DNA of 64,000 nt from Verrucomicrobiota bacterium (GCA_023443455.1 JAEZUE010000103.1:51885-115884); one strand, 5' to 3'; shown: positions 16,052-27,938, counted from the stretch's first letter. Numbers and translations: made by a program. Notes: generated by a model from the letters alone, not told the origin.

Positions 16052-19000
16052 GTGCCCCGCCGCGCCGCTTCCCGGGCCACGGCGCGCCACGCCACGCAAT
16101 CTCTGCTCCACTCGCCCCGCGGTGCGGCCGATGAGCATCCCAAAGCCGCCCGCGTGCAGTTCGCCCGAACCCACTTTCCCAACCTTCGCACGATCGCCGC
16201 CACCGCAGCGATCGCGGCCGCGGCGTTTGCCGGGGCCCAACCCGCGTCTGTCGCGCCCGAAAAGCTCCCGCCCCCGCTCGCCATCCATCCGCTCACCCGC
16301 AGCGCAGACGTGCGCGCTCCCGATGGCGCGGCCGAGAGCGCGAACCGCCTCGTCGAGCTCCGGGGCACCGTCACCTTCGTGCACCCCGACGGCACCTTCT
16401 ATCTCCAGGAGCCGACCGGAGCCATGGCGGCCCGACCCGAGTCCCAGACCCAGCCCCGGCCGGCCGTGGGCGACATCGTGAGGGTCTCCGGCCGCACCGA
16501 GCCCGGGGCACGGTTGCCGTTCGTGCGCGCGAACCGCATCGCGATCGAAGGCCATGGCGCCCTCCCGGCCCCCGCGGCGATCACCCCTGCGGAGGCACTC
16601 GGCGAGAGCCGGGAGTACCAGTGGGTCGAGCTCGAGGGGGACCTTCTCGAAAACGAATCGCTGGGCGACTGGCAACGGTTGCGCGTGGGCACCGCCGACG
16701 GCGAGTTCTCCGTCAGCATCCCCTCCGCCGAGCCCGTGCCGGCGGCCGAAGGCGCCCGCCTGCGCATCCGAGGCGTGTGCAATGTATGGCAACAGAGCGG
16801 CACGGCCGCCCTCGGCGGGTTCTTCCTCTTCACGCCCACCCCCGGCGACGTGCAGGAGATTGCCGACGACGACGAGGCGGCGCCCCCACCGATCACCGAT
16901 ATCCGGAGCCTGCACACACGGAAGCCCCGTCCCGGGCAACCGGTGGACCTGCGGGGCGTGGTCACCTTCGCCCACCCGGACCAGCGTCTCTTCTACCTCG
17001 ACGACGACACCGGCGGCGTGCTGGTCTGGCCCTCCACCCCCGCCCTGCCCCTGCCCGCCGTGGGGGCCCGCCTGCGCCTGCACGGGGTCGCCACCATCGG
17101 CCCGGGCGCCACCACCGTGCGCGCCGACCGTATCGAAACATCCGGCATCGGCCCGCTGCCCGCAGCCCACCCCATCGGCATCGGGCAGGCCGCCGCCGGC
17201 GGCGAAGATGCGCAATGGGTCGAGATGCGCGGCCACCTGCGCCAGGTCGAGACCGGCGGCGGCTGGCTGCAGCTCTTTCTCACCACCGCAGCCGGCGAGA
17301 TCACCGTGAGCATCCCCCACGCCTCCTCGATCGCGGCGAAGGTCGGCTCCTTCCTCGCCGTGCGCGGCGTCTGCCAGTCCTGGACCGACGAACACGGCCG
17401 GATCGCCGGCTTCTTCCTCTATTCGCCCTCCACCGCCGAGCTGACGGAGTGCGCCCCCGCCCCCGCGGACCCCTTCGCCGTGCCGGAGGAGTCCATCGCC
17501 AATCTCGCGCGCTACCGTACCCGAACCTTGGAGATGCAGCAGGTCCGGCTGCGGGGAACCGTCCTCCACCACATCCCGGGACGCTCGTTGATCCTCCGGA
17601 ACGGGGACGACACCGTGCGCGTCTTCAGCAACGACACGGCGTCGCTCGTGCCGGGCGACGTCGTCGAAGTCGCCGGCGTGCCCGGGCGACGCGGCCACCA
17701 CTCCGTGTTGCGGGGCGCCACCTACCGGCGTCTGCAGGCCGGCCCCGCCCCCGAGCCCCGCGCCTTGACGCAGGTCGCCACCGTCGCGCCCGAACTCGAC
17801 GGCCACCTCGTCTCGCTGCAGGGAGTTCTCAACAGCATCGCCCTCCGCCCCACCGACACCCGGATGCTTCTCGATGTCGGCGGCACCATGGTCGAGGCCA
17901 TCCACTCCGGTCCGCTGCCCGCCGGAGAAGGGACCGGCTGGAAACCGGGCAGCCGGCTCGCACTCACCGGACTCTACAACGTGGAAGGCCGCGAGGACGA
18001 GGAGGTCAGCCACTTCATTCTCCAGATCCGCCACCCGGCCGAAGTCGTCGTGTTGTCCTCCCCGCCCTGGTGGACGGCCGGGCGCGCCCGGACCGCGCTC
18101 GGTGCGATCGCCGCCGTACTCCTGGCGGGCCTCGGTTGGGTGGCCGTCCTGCGCCGCCAAATCAGACGCCAGACCACGGTCATCCGCCGGCAGCTCGCGA
18201 AGGAGGCGGCCCTCGAGGTGCGCCACGGCGTGATCATCGAGCACGCCAGCGACGCCATCTTCACCACCGACCTCGAGGGGCGCTTCCTCACCTTCAATCC
18301 CGCCGCGGAGTCGATGACCGGATACAGCGAGGCGGAGATGCTCCGGCGCCGACTCGCCGACCTGCTCCCGCCCGACTCCCCGGAGCCGCTCGCCGGCTTC
18401 CTCGCCCAGGCCCGCCACCCCGACCCGGCCGCCGCGCACTTCGAGGCGCAGTTCCAAACCCGCGCCGGGGAGCGCCTGTGGGTCGAGATCAGCGCCCGTG
18501 CGATCCGTGAAGACGGCGCCGCGACCGGTCTGCTCGGCATCGCCCGCGACATCACCGCGCGCCGGCAGATGGAGAAACTCGACCGCCAGATCCAGAAGGC
18601 CGAAAGCTTGGGCCGGATGGCGGCGGCCATCGCCCACAATTTCAACAACCAGATTCAGGCCGTGTCGATGGGGCTCGAAATGTTGCGCTTCGAACTGCCC
18701 AAGGATCCCGCCATCGGCGAGATCCTCGGGGCCGCGGAACGTTCGGCCCGGCAGGCCTCCCAAGTCGGAAAACTGATGCTGACCTACCTCGGGCAGTCCC
18801 CGGGCACGCGCAAATCCATCGACCTCGCCGCGCTCGCCCGCGAGGCGATCGCCCGTTGGCGCAAGGCTCTGCCGTCCGGGATGGCACTGGACACCGAGAT
18901 CCCCGAATCCTTGGCACGGGTACGAGCCGATCCCGAGCAGATCATCCAGGCGATCACCTGCCTGCTGGCGAACGCCCAGGAGGCGGCCGAGGGCACCGGC

Positions 19001-19321
19001 GGCACGATCCGCCTCGCCGTCGGCACCGCCGATCCGGCCTCCATCCCGAACAACTACCGACGCCCGATCGACTTCCAGGCACTCGGCGAGACCTACGCCT
19101 GCATCACGATTTCGGACACCGGGGGCGGCATCGCGGCAAAGGACCTCGAGAAGATCTTCGACCCGTACTTCACCACCAGATTCCACGGCCGCGGCATGGG
19201 GCTGGCGGTCGCGCTCGGCATCGTGCGCTCGTACGACGGCGCGGTGGCGGTGGAGAACCGCCCCGGCCAGGGTGCCACCTTCAGTCTGTTGCTCCCCTTC
19301 GAGGCGAGCGAAGGCCGTTAG
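16052..19321 (+). CDS. Sensor histidine kinase with a large repeated periplasmic domain, TM, PAS, HisKA and HATPase
   Basis: PAS (ASDAIFTTDLEGRFLTFNPAAESMTGY), H-box (AAAIAHNFNNQIQAV) and G-boxes (DTGGGI...GRGMGLAV). The start is uncertain; the GTG at 16154 gives a better signal peptide. Confidence 0.8.
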   Translation: MPRRAASRATARHATQSLLHSPRGAADEHPKAARVQFARTHFPNLRTIAATAAIAAAAFAGAQPASVAPEKLPPPLAIHPLTRSADVRAPDGAAESANRLVELRGTVTFVHPDGTFYLQEPTGAMAARPESQTQPRPAVGDIVRVSGRTEPGARLPFVRANRIAIEGHGALPAPAAITPAEALGESREYQWVELEGDLLENESLGDWQRLRVGTADGEFSVSIPSAEPVPAAEGARLRIRGVCNVWQQSGTAALGGFFLFTPTPGDVQEIADDDEAAPPPITDIRSLHTRKPRPGQPVDLRGVVTFAHPDQRLFYLDDDTGGVLVWPSTPALPLPAVGARLRLHGVATIGPGATTVRADRIETSGIGPLPAAHPIGIGQAAAGGEDAQWVEMRGHLRQVETGGGWLQLFLTTAAGEITVSIPHASSIAAKVGSFLAVRGVCQSWTDEHGRIAGFFLYSPSTAELTECAPAPADPFAVPEESIANLARYRTRTLEMQQVRLRGTVLHHIPGRSLILRNGDDTVRVFSNDTASLVPGDVVEVAGVPGRRGHHSVLRGATYRRLQAGPAPEPRALTQVATVAPELDGHLVSLQGVLNSIALRPTDTRMLLDVGGTMVEAIHSGPLPAGEGTGWKPGSRLALTGLYNVEGREDEEVSHFILQIRHPAEVVVLSSPPWWTAGRARTALGAIAAVLLAGLGWVAVLRRQIRRQTTVIRRQLAKEAALEVRHGVIIEHASDAIFTTDLEGRFLTFNPAAESMTGYSEAEMLRRRLADLLPPDSPEPLAGFLAQARHPDPAAAHFEAQFQTRAGERLWVEISARAIREDGAATGLLGIARDITARRQMEKLDRQIQKAESLGRMAAAIAHNFNNQIQAVSMGLEMLRFELPKDPAIGEILGAAERSARQASQVGKLMLTYLGQSPGTRKSIDLAALAREAIARWRKALPSGMALDTEIPESLARVRADPEQIIQAITCLLANAQEAAEGTGGTIRLAVGTADPASIPNNYRRPIDFQALGETYACITISDTGGGIAAKDLEKIFDPYFTTRFHGRGMGLAVALGIVRSYDGAVAVENRPGQGATFSLLLPFEASEGR

Positions 19322-20025
19322 CGCGTATCTACTGTGCCGTCACCCCGCGGGCGCCGCAGCGCCAAATAGATCAGCGGCCAGGTGGCCAACGGGAGTCCGA
19401 CGCTCAGGCCGACCGCCCAGCCCCGCTCCTGCAACGCGCTCGCGCCGATCGCCGCATACGCGAAACCGGTCGGCACGCACCCCGCCACCAGCGCCGGGAA
19501 ATACAGCCGCGCCGGCATCCGCACCACGCCGGCCAGGCACGACGAAGCCTCCTGCAGGATCGGCACCGAACGGGTCGCGAGAATCAGCCACGGACCATGG
19601 CGCGCCATCGCGGTTTCGACCCGCGCCATCCCCCGCTCCCCGCAGAGACGACGCGCCATCGGCAAGCCCCACCGCCGGCAAACCCCGTAGGCGAGCGCGC
19701 CCGAGAGAGACAGCCCGAGCGAAGCCGCCAAGCCGCCGAGCAGCACTCCCGCCGCGTACCCGAGCGCACTCATCACCAAAGTCGAGGGCACCGGCAGAAA
19801 ACTGTCGCCCGCCAACAACAGCAGGCCGACCACCGCCACGATCCCGCGCGCGCCGCCCTGCCCGTCCACGGCAAAGAAGCCGGCGGCCCACGGTTCGAGC
19901 CAGGGCCCGAGCAACAGCCACGGCAGGATCGGCACCAACAGGACACCGAGAAACAGGAACCAGATGCGTTGGCGCGGCGACACGTTCACGCCCCGAGGTT
20001 CGGTTGCGTGGGACGCCGAGGTCAA
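19318..20025 (-). CDS. DedA/VTT-domain family membrane protein
   Basis: Multi-pass membrane protein with ...LLAGDSFLPVPSTLVMSALGYA... and ...GPWLILATRSVPIL..., typical of SNARE-associated/DedA proteins. Confidence 0.65.
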   Translation of the reverse strand: MTSASHATEPRGVNVSPRQRIWFLFLGVLLVPILPWLLLGPWLEPWAAGFFAVDGQGGARGIVAVVGLLLLAGDSFLPVPSTLVMSALGYAAGVLLGGLAASLGLSLSGALAYGVCRRWGLPMARRLCGERGMARVETAMARHGPWLILATRSVPILQEASSCLAGVVRMPARLYFPALVAGCVPTGFAYAAIGASALQERGWAVGLSVGLPLATWPLIYLALRRPRGDGTVDTR

Positions 20026-20106
20026 GCGCCCCGCCCCAGCGGAAACTAATTCTGCACGCCGCCGCGCCTTCGCCGGCTTCTACCCGCCCAAACCGGTTTC
20101 CACGGT

Positions 20107-20388
20107 TTGCCTCGAGGCGATTCCCCAACATCCCTCCACCTCATGTCCGAGCCCGTTACCCGCAAGAGCTCCCCGCTCAACCTCGCCATCGACGCCGCGC
20201 TCTGCGCGACCGCCTTCGTTTTGTTCTACTGGGTTTCCGAGACCCACGTGCCCTCCGAAAACCCGACCCAGATCACGCTCTGGTCCGCCTACAGCGCTGC
20301 CTGCATGACCGGCGTGTTCTGGCTCGCGTGGCAGATGCTCAAGGCCGTCTATCGCCACCAGCGCGGGGTGCCGGTCGTGCACGACTGA
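20107..20388 (+). CDS. Small membrane protein (hypothetical)
   Basis: Two hydrophobic helices. The start may be the internal ATG at 20143. Confidence 0.4.
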   Translation: MPRGDSPTSLHLMSEPVTRKSSPLNLAIDAALCATAFVLFYWVSETHVPSENPTQITLWSAYSAACMTGVFWLAWQMLKAVYRHQRGVPVVHD

Positions 20389-20391
20389 GCC

Positions 20392-20523
20392 AGCATTCGG
20401 TCGAGTGAGGAGCGTCGAGGAGCCGATCACAGAGGAGATCGAGCGAAGCACTCGTGACGGAAGCTCGCCACCGATGCTTTGGCGTTCATCCCTCGACGCT
20501 TGCCTCTCGACGGCATCATCACG
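20392..20523 (+). repeat. MITE-like structured repeat, copy B (132 bp class)
   Basis: Flanked by perfect CACGACTGAGCC at 20380-20391 and 20520-20531. Confidence 0.85.
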
Positions 20524-20605
20524 ACTGAGCCGTCGCCACTCGCGCTCCGCGGCACCGGAAACCGGGCCGCGGATTTTTCCTGCCCTCACGCAGGCGCCCT
20601 CTCGC

Positions 20606-21454
20606 CTACTCGCCGTAGGTCTCGCGCCAGTTTGCGGCGTCGGCCTTGGCCTTGCGGCGCTCCATGGCGGCGGCGACCAGCAGCGACACCTCGAACAGCA
20701 GCCACAACGGCGCGGCCACGAGACATTGCGTGATCGGATCGGGTGTCGGCGTGATGATCGCGGCAACCACGAAGCACAACAGCACCACCAGCCGGCGCGA
20801 CTTCCGGAACGTCGCCACCTCGACGATGCCCAGATACGAGAGCGAGAGCACGATCAGCGGAAACTCGAAGACCACGCCCATGCCGACCACCAGCCACGTC
20901 ATGAGGCTGTAGTACGAACCGACGGTCCAGATCATCTGGTAGCCCATCCACTCGTTCGCATCGATCGCCACGCGCACCGAGGCGGGCACGAGCAACAGGA
21001 AGCTGAAGGCCGCCCCACCCACGAAGAGCGCCATGCCCGTGAGCACCGCCGGCGCGACCAGCCGCTTCTCCTTGGCGGTGAGCGCCGGGCCGATGAACTG
21101 CCCGACGAAAAACAGCAGAAACGGCATCGAGGCGACCAGCGCGGGCGTCACGCAGATCTGCACCATCACCCCGTAGATCTCCATCGGCGTGTCCGTGCGC
21201 AGCTGCAGCTCGAGATCCGGATACTTCGCCAACGCCGTGTACCACGGCCACTCGAGGAACCCGCGCACGTGCGTGAGGAACACACCCGACAACACCGCGA
21301 ACGACACGACCACGATCGCGCATTTCACCAGCGTCCACCGCAACTCCTCGAGATGGTCGAAGAACCCCATCACCTTCTCGCGGGGATGTTCGTCCAACTC
21401 GTCGGTTTCCGCGTCGTGGTTCGCGGGTGGCTGCGGTTCGATGGGCACGGTCAA
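20606..21454 (-). CDS. tatC: Twin-arginine translocase subunit TatC
   Basis: MGFFDHLEELRWTLVKC... and a six-TM pattern typical of TatC. Confidence 0.85.
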   Translation of the reverse strand: MTVPIEPQPPANHDAETDELDEHPREKVMGFFDHLEELRWTLVKCAIVVVSFAVLSGVFLTHVRGFLEWPWYTALAKYPDLELQLRTDTPMEIYGVMVQICVTPALVASMPFLLFFVGQFIGPALTAKEKRLVAPAVLTGMALFVGGAAFSFLLLVPASVRVAIDANEWMGYQMIWTVGSYYSLMTWLVVGMGVVFEFPLIVLSLSYLGIVEVATFRKSRRLVVLLCFVVAAIITPTPDPITQCLVAAPLWLLFEVSLLVAAAMERRKAKADAANWRETYGE

Positions 21455-21480
21455 AGCTCAGTCTCCGACGAGGGTGAACG

Positions 21481-21927
21481 TCAAGCCGTCGAGTCGGAAG
21501 GTCGGCCGGCCAGCGCGTCCTCCAGCGCATGCCATGCCAAGGTCGCGCATTTCACCCGCTGCGGAAACCGCGACGCCCCCTGCAGCGCCGCCAGGTCGCC
21601 CAGCGCCGCGAGCCGCTCCGCGGGTTGCGCCGCCCCCGACACCAGTGCCAGCACCTGGCCCACGAGTTCCGGCATCGCGGCGACCGGCCGGCCGCGCACC
21701 GTCGTGGTCAACAACGACGCCGACGCCTGGCTGAGCGCGCACCCCTGCCCGGTGAACGTCGCCTCCGCCACCACGCCGTCGGCCACCCGCAGGTGGAGCA
21801 CCACCTCGTCACCACAATTCGGATTCTCCGCCCGCGCACGGTGCGTCTCGCCGGTGCACGCGCCGTGGTGGCGCGGGTGCCGCGAGTGGTCGAGGATGAT
21901 GTCCTGGTAGAGCGCGTGCAGGTCCAC
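21481..21927 (-). CDS. sufU: SUF-type Fe-S cluster assembly scaffold (SufU/NifU-like)
   Basis: [37 protein letters not shown] and RVKCATLAW motifs. A GTG start at 21927 is inferred, because the upstream part of the ORF is antisense to ppdK. Confidence 0.7.
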   Translation of the reverse strand: MDLHALYQDIILDHSRHPRHHGACTGETHRARAENPNCGDEVVLHLRVADGVVAEATFTGQGCALSQASASLLTTTVRGRPVAAMPELVGQVLALVSGAAQPAERLAALGDLAALQGASRFPQRVKCATLAWHALEDALAGRPSDSTA

Positions 21928-22058
21928 GCCGCGGAGGTTGCCCCGCCCCCCGGGAGGAATCAACCCCGAGCCCGCCCCACGATCGCTGATCCTGCGCCCC
22001 GCGCACGCAAACCCGGCTTCTTCCCGTCCGCCCCGCCCGCCTCCCCGAGTCGGTGACG

Positions 22059-22087
22059 TTGACACCTCCGGACTGTCCGGAATTATA
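22059..22087 (+). promoter_or_regulatory. Sigma-70-like promoter candidate for ppdK, with a TCCGGA-N3-TCCGGA repeat in the spacer
   Basis: TTGACA (22059-22064), a 17-nt spacer, then ATTATA (22082-22087). This is an AT-rich island in GC-rich DNA, about 80 nt upstream of the ATG. Confidence 0.45.
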
Positions 22088-22165
22088 CGCGGCGATCCCT
22101 CAGGCCCGACCCCGGTTACCCCGACCGCCCCGGTCGTCGCCACCCTAAAACCCTCATCCACTGCG

Positions 22166-25057
<2,892 letters not shown>

Positions 25058-25096
25058 GCCAGCTCTGCTGTACAGCAGAGCTCGCGCCCTTCCCGA

Positions 25097-25125
25097 GCCC
25101 CGCGCCCAACGGCGCGGGGCTTTTT
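25097..25125 (+). terminator. Rho-independent terminator of ppdK
   Basis: GCCCCGCGCC-caac-GGCGCGGGGC followed by TTTTT. It is preceded by a 22-nt perfect palindrome at 25060-25081. Confidence 0.8.
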
Positions 25126-25170
25126 GCTGGGTGGGGTTGAGCGGAGCCCGGGGCTGCGGCGGGGCGCACT

Positions 25171-25622
25171 ATGGACCATATGGTCCAGGCCGCGCGCAGC
25201 GGTGTGCAGAACATCGGTGAGGGCAGCGAGGCGAGCGGCACCTCGAAGAAAACGGAGATCAAGCTCACGAAAGTCGCCCGCGCCAGCCTCGAGGAACTGC
25301 GCCTCGACTACGAGGACTTCCTCCGCCAGCGCGGCCCGAGATCTGGCCCATCGACGATCCACGACGCGAAGCGCTCGTCGCTCGACGCTGCCGCAACGCC
25401 GACGAAGTCGCCGCGTGGATCGTCACCCAGCGCGCCACCGGCTCGTATCCCGAACTCTCCGCCAACGCCGCGCTCGTGCTCATCGGAGTCGCCTGCTCGT
25501 TGCTCGATCGCCAGATCGCCTCGCTCGCCAAAGCGTTCACCGAAGAAGGCGGTTTCACCGAGCGTCTCTACCGCACCCGCCGCGCCGCCCGAGACAAGCG
25601 TCAGCGTCCATCCGGTCCATAG
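25171..25622 (+). pseudogene. Four-helix-bundle (23S rRNA IVS-type) protein gene remnant: N-terminally truncated and frameshifted
   Basis: Frame 1 gives ...QAARSGVQNIGEGSEASGTSKKTEIKLTKVARASLEELRLDYEDFLRQRG. From about 25338 the family continues in another frame (EIWPIDDPRREAL...ANAALVLIGVACSLLDRQIASLAKAFTEEGGFTERLYRTRRAARD, TAG at 25620). Confidence 0.65.
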
Positions 25623-25641
25623 GGTCCATAAGGTCCATTTC
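25606..25641. repeat. Four tandem 9-mers, GTCCATNNN
   Basis: GTCCATCCG GTCCATAGG GTCCATAAG GTCCATTTC. The inverted motif also occurs within the 16-nt palindrome TGGACCATATGGTCCA at 25172-25187. Confidence 0.85.
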
Positions 25642-25748
25642 CCCTAAGAAACCGCGGCTCCGCACGTAATCACTTCGTGCACCCCACCTTCACGAGCTCG
25701 CCCCAACTTGCGCCTTCCGTCTCCGCCGATCCATGCCACGCTCCCCGC

Positions 25749-27938
25749 ATGGTCGTGAGCTCCGCCCTCCCCCGCCGTTACCTGCTCCCGCTGCTCCTCG
25801 CCCCGGCCCTGCTCCTCGCCGAGCCAGCCGCGGACACCTCGGGCATCCCGACCGAGCCGCCCCGCCCGAATCTCCGCGGCCTCTCGCCGGAGCAGCAGCG
25901 CCAAGTCTCCAAATCGTATCGAACCGCGAGACGTGAATGGGAGAAGACACTGCCAGCCTCGGAAAAGGCGAAGCTGGTTTCCCTGAATACAGATCATGAT
26001 ATGGAGCTCGCGCTGCGCGTCTCGGTCTTCCACGAGGAGGGCCTTGAGGAGGCACTCCTCACACAGACGCTCTCGATGCCGTGGCGGGAATCCGCCGTCC
26101 GCGCCGGCCTCTCCCCAGCGGAGATCGAGCGCCTCGCCCGGGAAAAGGTTCTCATCGAAGACCGTCAGGTACCGCAGAGTTTCTCGCCCTACATCGATCC
26201 CGAGCGCGCAGTCTTCGTTACCACCGACTCGCTGCTCAACGGCTTTCATGTGCTTCTGCAGGATTCCATCTGCGAACTGGAACGCCACCGTGCCATCCAA
26301 CTTCGGCAGCAACTCGAGTCGTTGATCCCGCATGTGAAGAGCGACTGCGAGTCCCTCAAAAGCTATGTCACCGATTTGAATGGAGCCGAAGCAATCCGCA
26401 CAGCGGAGATGATCATCGGCCCGGCGATTGGTCTGCTCGGTGGCTCGCTCGAAACCATCGCCCCGGAAAATCGAGCGGAAGTCATGCGTCAGACAGAGCT
26501 GATCCGCCTCGCGAACTCACAAGAAACCCCGGCGTGGTTCGAGTCTCCCGGCATCCAAACCAAACCAATCGACTACCGGCAATGCCTGCCAACCGGATAC
26601 TACAAATCCGATGCGACGCTCGCCGACTACTTCCGAGCGTTTCGCTGGCTACAACTCGTCCCATTCCGGGCCTGCCTAGACCATGAACTGCTCGCCGCCG
26701 CCCTCCTGGATCGGTGCCGCGATTCGGCATTCTTCGACGATCTTTCGGCCCAGACCGGAACCACGGACATCGATACGTTCGAGCCATTTTGCACAATACC
26801 CTACAGCCTGCCCCAACCATTCATCGACAAGATGACGGCGGTCGAGTTCTTCGCGAGAGCCCGGCGAACGTTGAACAACGGCAACGGCCCGCTCTACTTT
26901 TCGCTGACCGAGAACGGAGACACCACCGACACCGACTCCGCGAATCTCCTCCAGTTCGCCTCATCACGCTTTCTGGATCCCGCGACCGCATTCGGGCGAA
27001 GGGAAGTCGAGAGAATCGGCCCACCGCCCGATAGCCTAACCATCGCCGCGGCAATCAACTCGGCGTTCGCACGCAGCAAGCTCCCCCAACCGGTTCCGCC
27101 CCGCGAAGACCTGATCAACCTTCCGGAACTGTTTGCCCCCGGGACGTCTCTGGACTTCCACGTCGCCTACCTGAACACCTTGTCGAGCGTTACCGTGCCG
27201 ACTGACGATGCCGCGCCGGCCTTCATGAAAAGTGAAGCATGGGCAGCAAAAAGCTGCCTCACCGTTCTCGCGGGCTGGACACAGAGCCAGCACCTCCCGA
27301 CCCGGCAATATCGCAGCTCGGGTTTCTGCGACTGCGATACCTTCACCTTGCCCGGATTCGTCGAACCGACGCCCGAGTTTTTCTTTCAAATGGCCGACCT
27401 CGCAGCCGGAACCGCCGAGTACTTCTCAAGCCGAGGTGCGTTTTCTGACGAGCGCCCCCTCCCGGTGAAGCAATTTGAGAACGAGGAACCAGCCGAACGA
27501 GCGCCCGACCGGCAGCTCTCCGAACGTTGGTTGCGCCTCATCCGCCTCGCCAATCAATTGGCGCAAGCCAGCAACACGGAGCTCCAAGGAAAACCCGTCG
27601 ATCAGAGCGTGATCACGAACTACGGCCACATACTCGGATTCGTAATGGGCTACGCCGAGTCATCATGGATGATTCCCCGCGACGACGCCCCGCGCTGGGC
27701 CGAGGTCCATCGCCAGCCGACCGCCGACCGCACGTTCGCCATCGGCACCGGACGGCCGCGCCTGATCCATGTGCTCTATCCGTACGAAGGCCGCGAGGTC
27801 CTCTGCACCGGTTCGGTCATGAGCTACTACGAGTACTGGGAAAACGGCCACCTCACCGACGAGGAGTGGAAGGCCAAGCTCGACTCGCCCGCCGCCCCAC
27901 CGCCACCCGATTGGCTCACACCGTTCATGGCGCGCTAA
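25749..27938 (+). CDS. Secreted DUF3160-like protein
   Basis: Signal peptide MVVSSALPRRYLLPLLLAPALLLAEP. ...VFVTTDSLLNGFHVLLQDSICELE... resembles the DUF3160 N-terminal signature. About 730 aa. Confidence 0.5.
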   Translation: MVVSSALPRRYLLPLLLAPALLLAEPAADTSGIPTEPPRPNLRGLSPEQQRQVSKSYRTARREWEKTLPASEKAKLVSLNTDHDMELALRVSVFHEEGLEEALLTQTLSMPWRESAVRAGLSPAEIERLAREKVLIEDRQVPQSFSPYIDPERAVFVTTDSLLNGFHVLLQDSICELERHRAIQLRQQLESLIPHVKSDCESLKSYVTDLNGAEAIRTAEMIIGPAIGLLGGSLETIAPENRAEVMRQTELIRLANSQETPAWFESPGIQTKPIDYRQCLPTGYYKSDATLADYFRAFRWLQLVPFRACLDHELLAAALLDRCRDSAFFDDLSAQTGTTDIDTFEPFCTIPYSLPQPFIDKMTAVEFFARARRTLNNGNGPLYFSLTENGDTTDTDSANLLQFASSRFLDPATAFGRREVERIGPPPDSLTIAAAINSAFARSKLPQPVPPREDLINLPELFAPGTSLDFHVAYLNTLSSVTVPTDDAAPAFMKSEAWAAKSCLTVLAGWTQSQHLPTRQYRSSGFCDCDTFTLPGFVEPTPEFFFQMADLAAGTAEYFSSRGAFSDERPLPVKQFENEEPAERAPDRQLSERWLRLIRLANQLAQASNTELQGKPVDQSVITNYGHILGFVMGYAESSWMIPRDDAPRWAEVHRQPTADRTFAIGTGRPRLIHVLYPYEGREVLCTGSVMSYYEYWENGHLTDEEWKAKLDSPAAPPPPDWLTPFMAR

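Noticed and set aside
15881-19186. Very long antisense or alternative-frame ORFs: 15881-19186 (-), 22178-24949 (-), 55971-58718 (-), 32649-35051 (+), 35941-37353 (+), 37504-38829 (+), 40495-42075 (-), 48443-51322 (+), 46361-47935 (-) and many shorter ones.
   Set aside because: Their translations are Arg/Gly/Ala/Pro-rich and low in complexity. They lie opposite or out of frame to genes with unmistakable family motifs (kinase, PPDK, PNPase, permease, AhcY, MetK, GspE, GH10). Stop-codon depletion in ~70% GC DNA explains them.
25060-25081. 22-nt perfect palindrome AGCTCTGCTGTACAGCAGAGCT as a separate regulatory site.
   Set aside because: It sits 3 nt after the ppdK stop and immediately upstream of a canonical terminator. 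It is most simply part of a tandem 3'-end stabilising structure, and no second copy was seen in the window.
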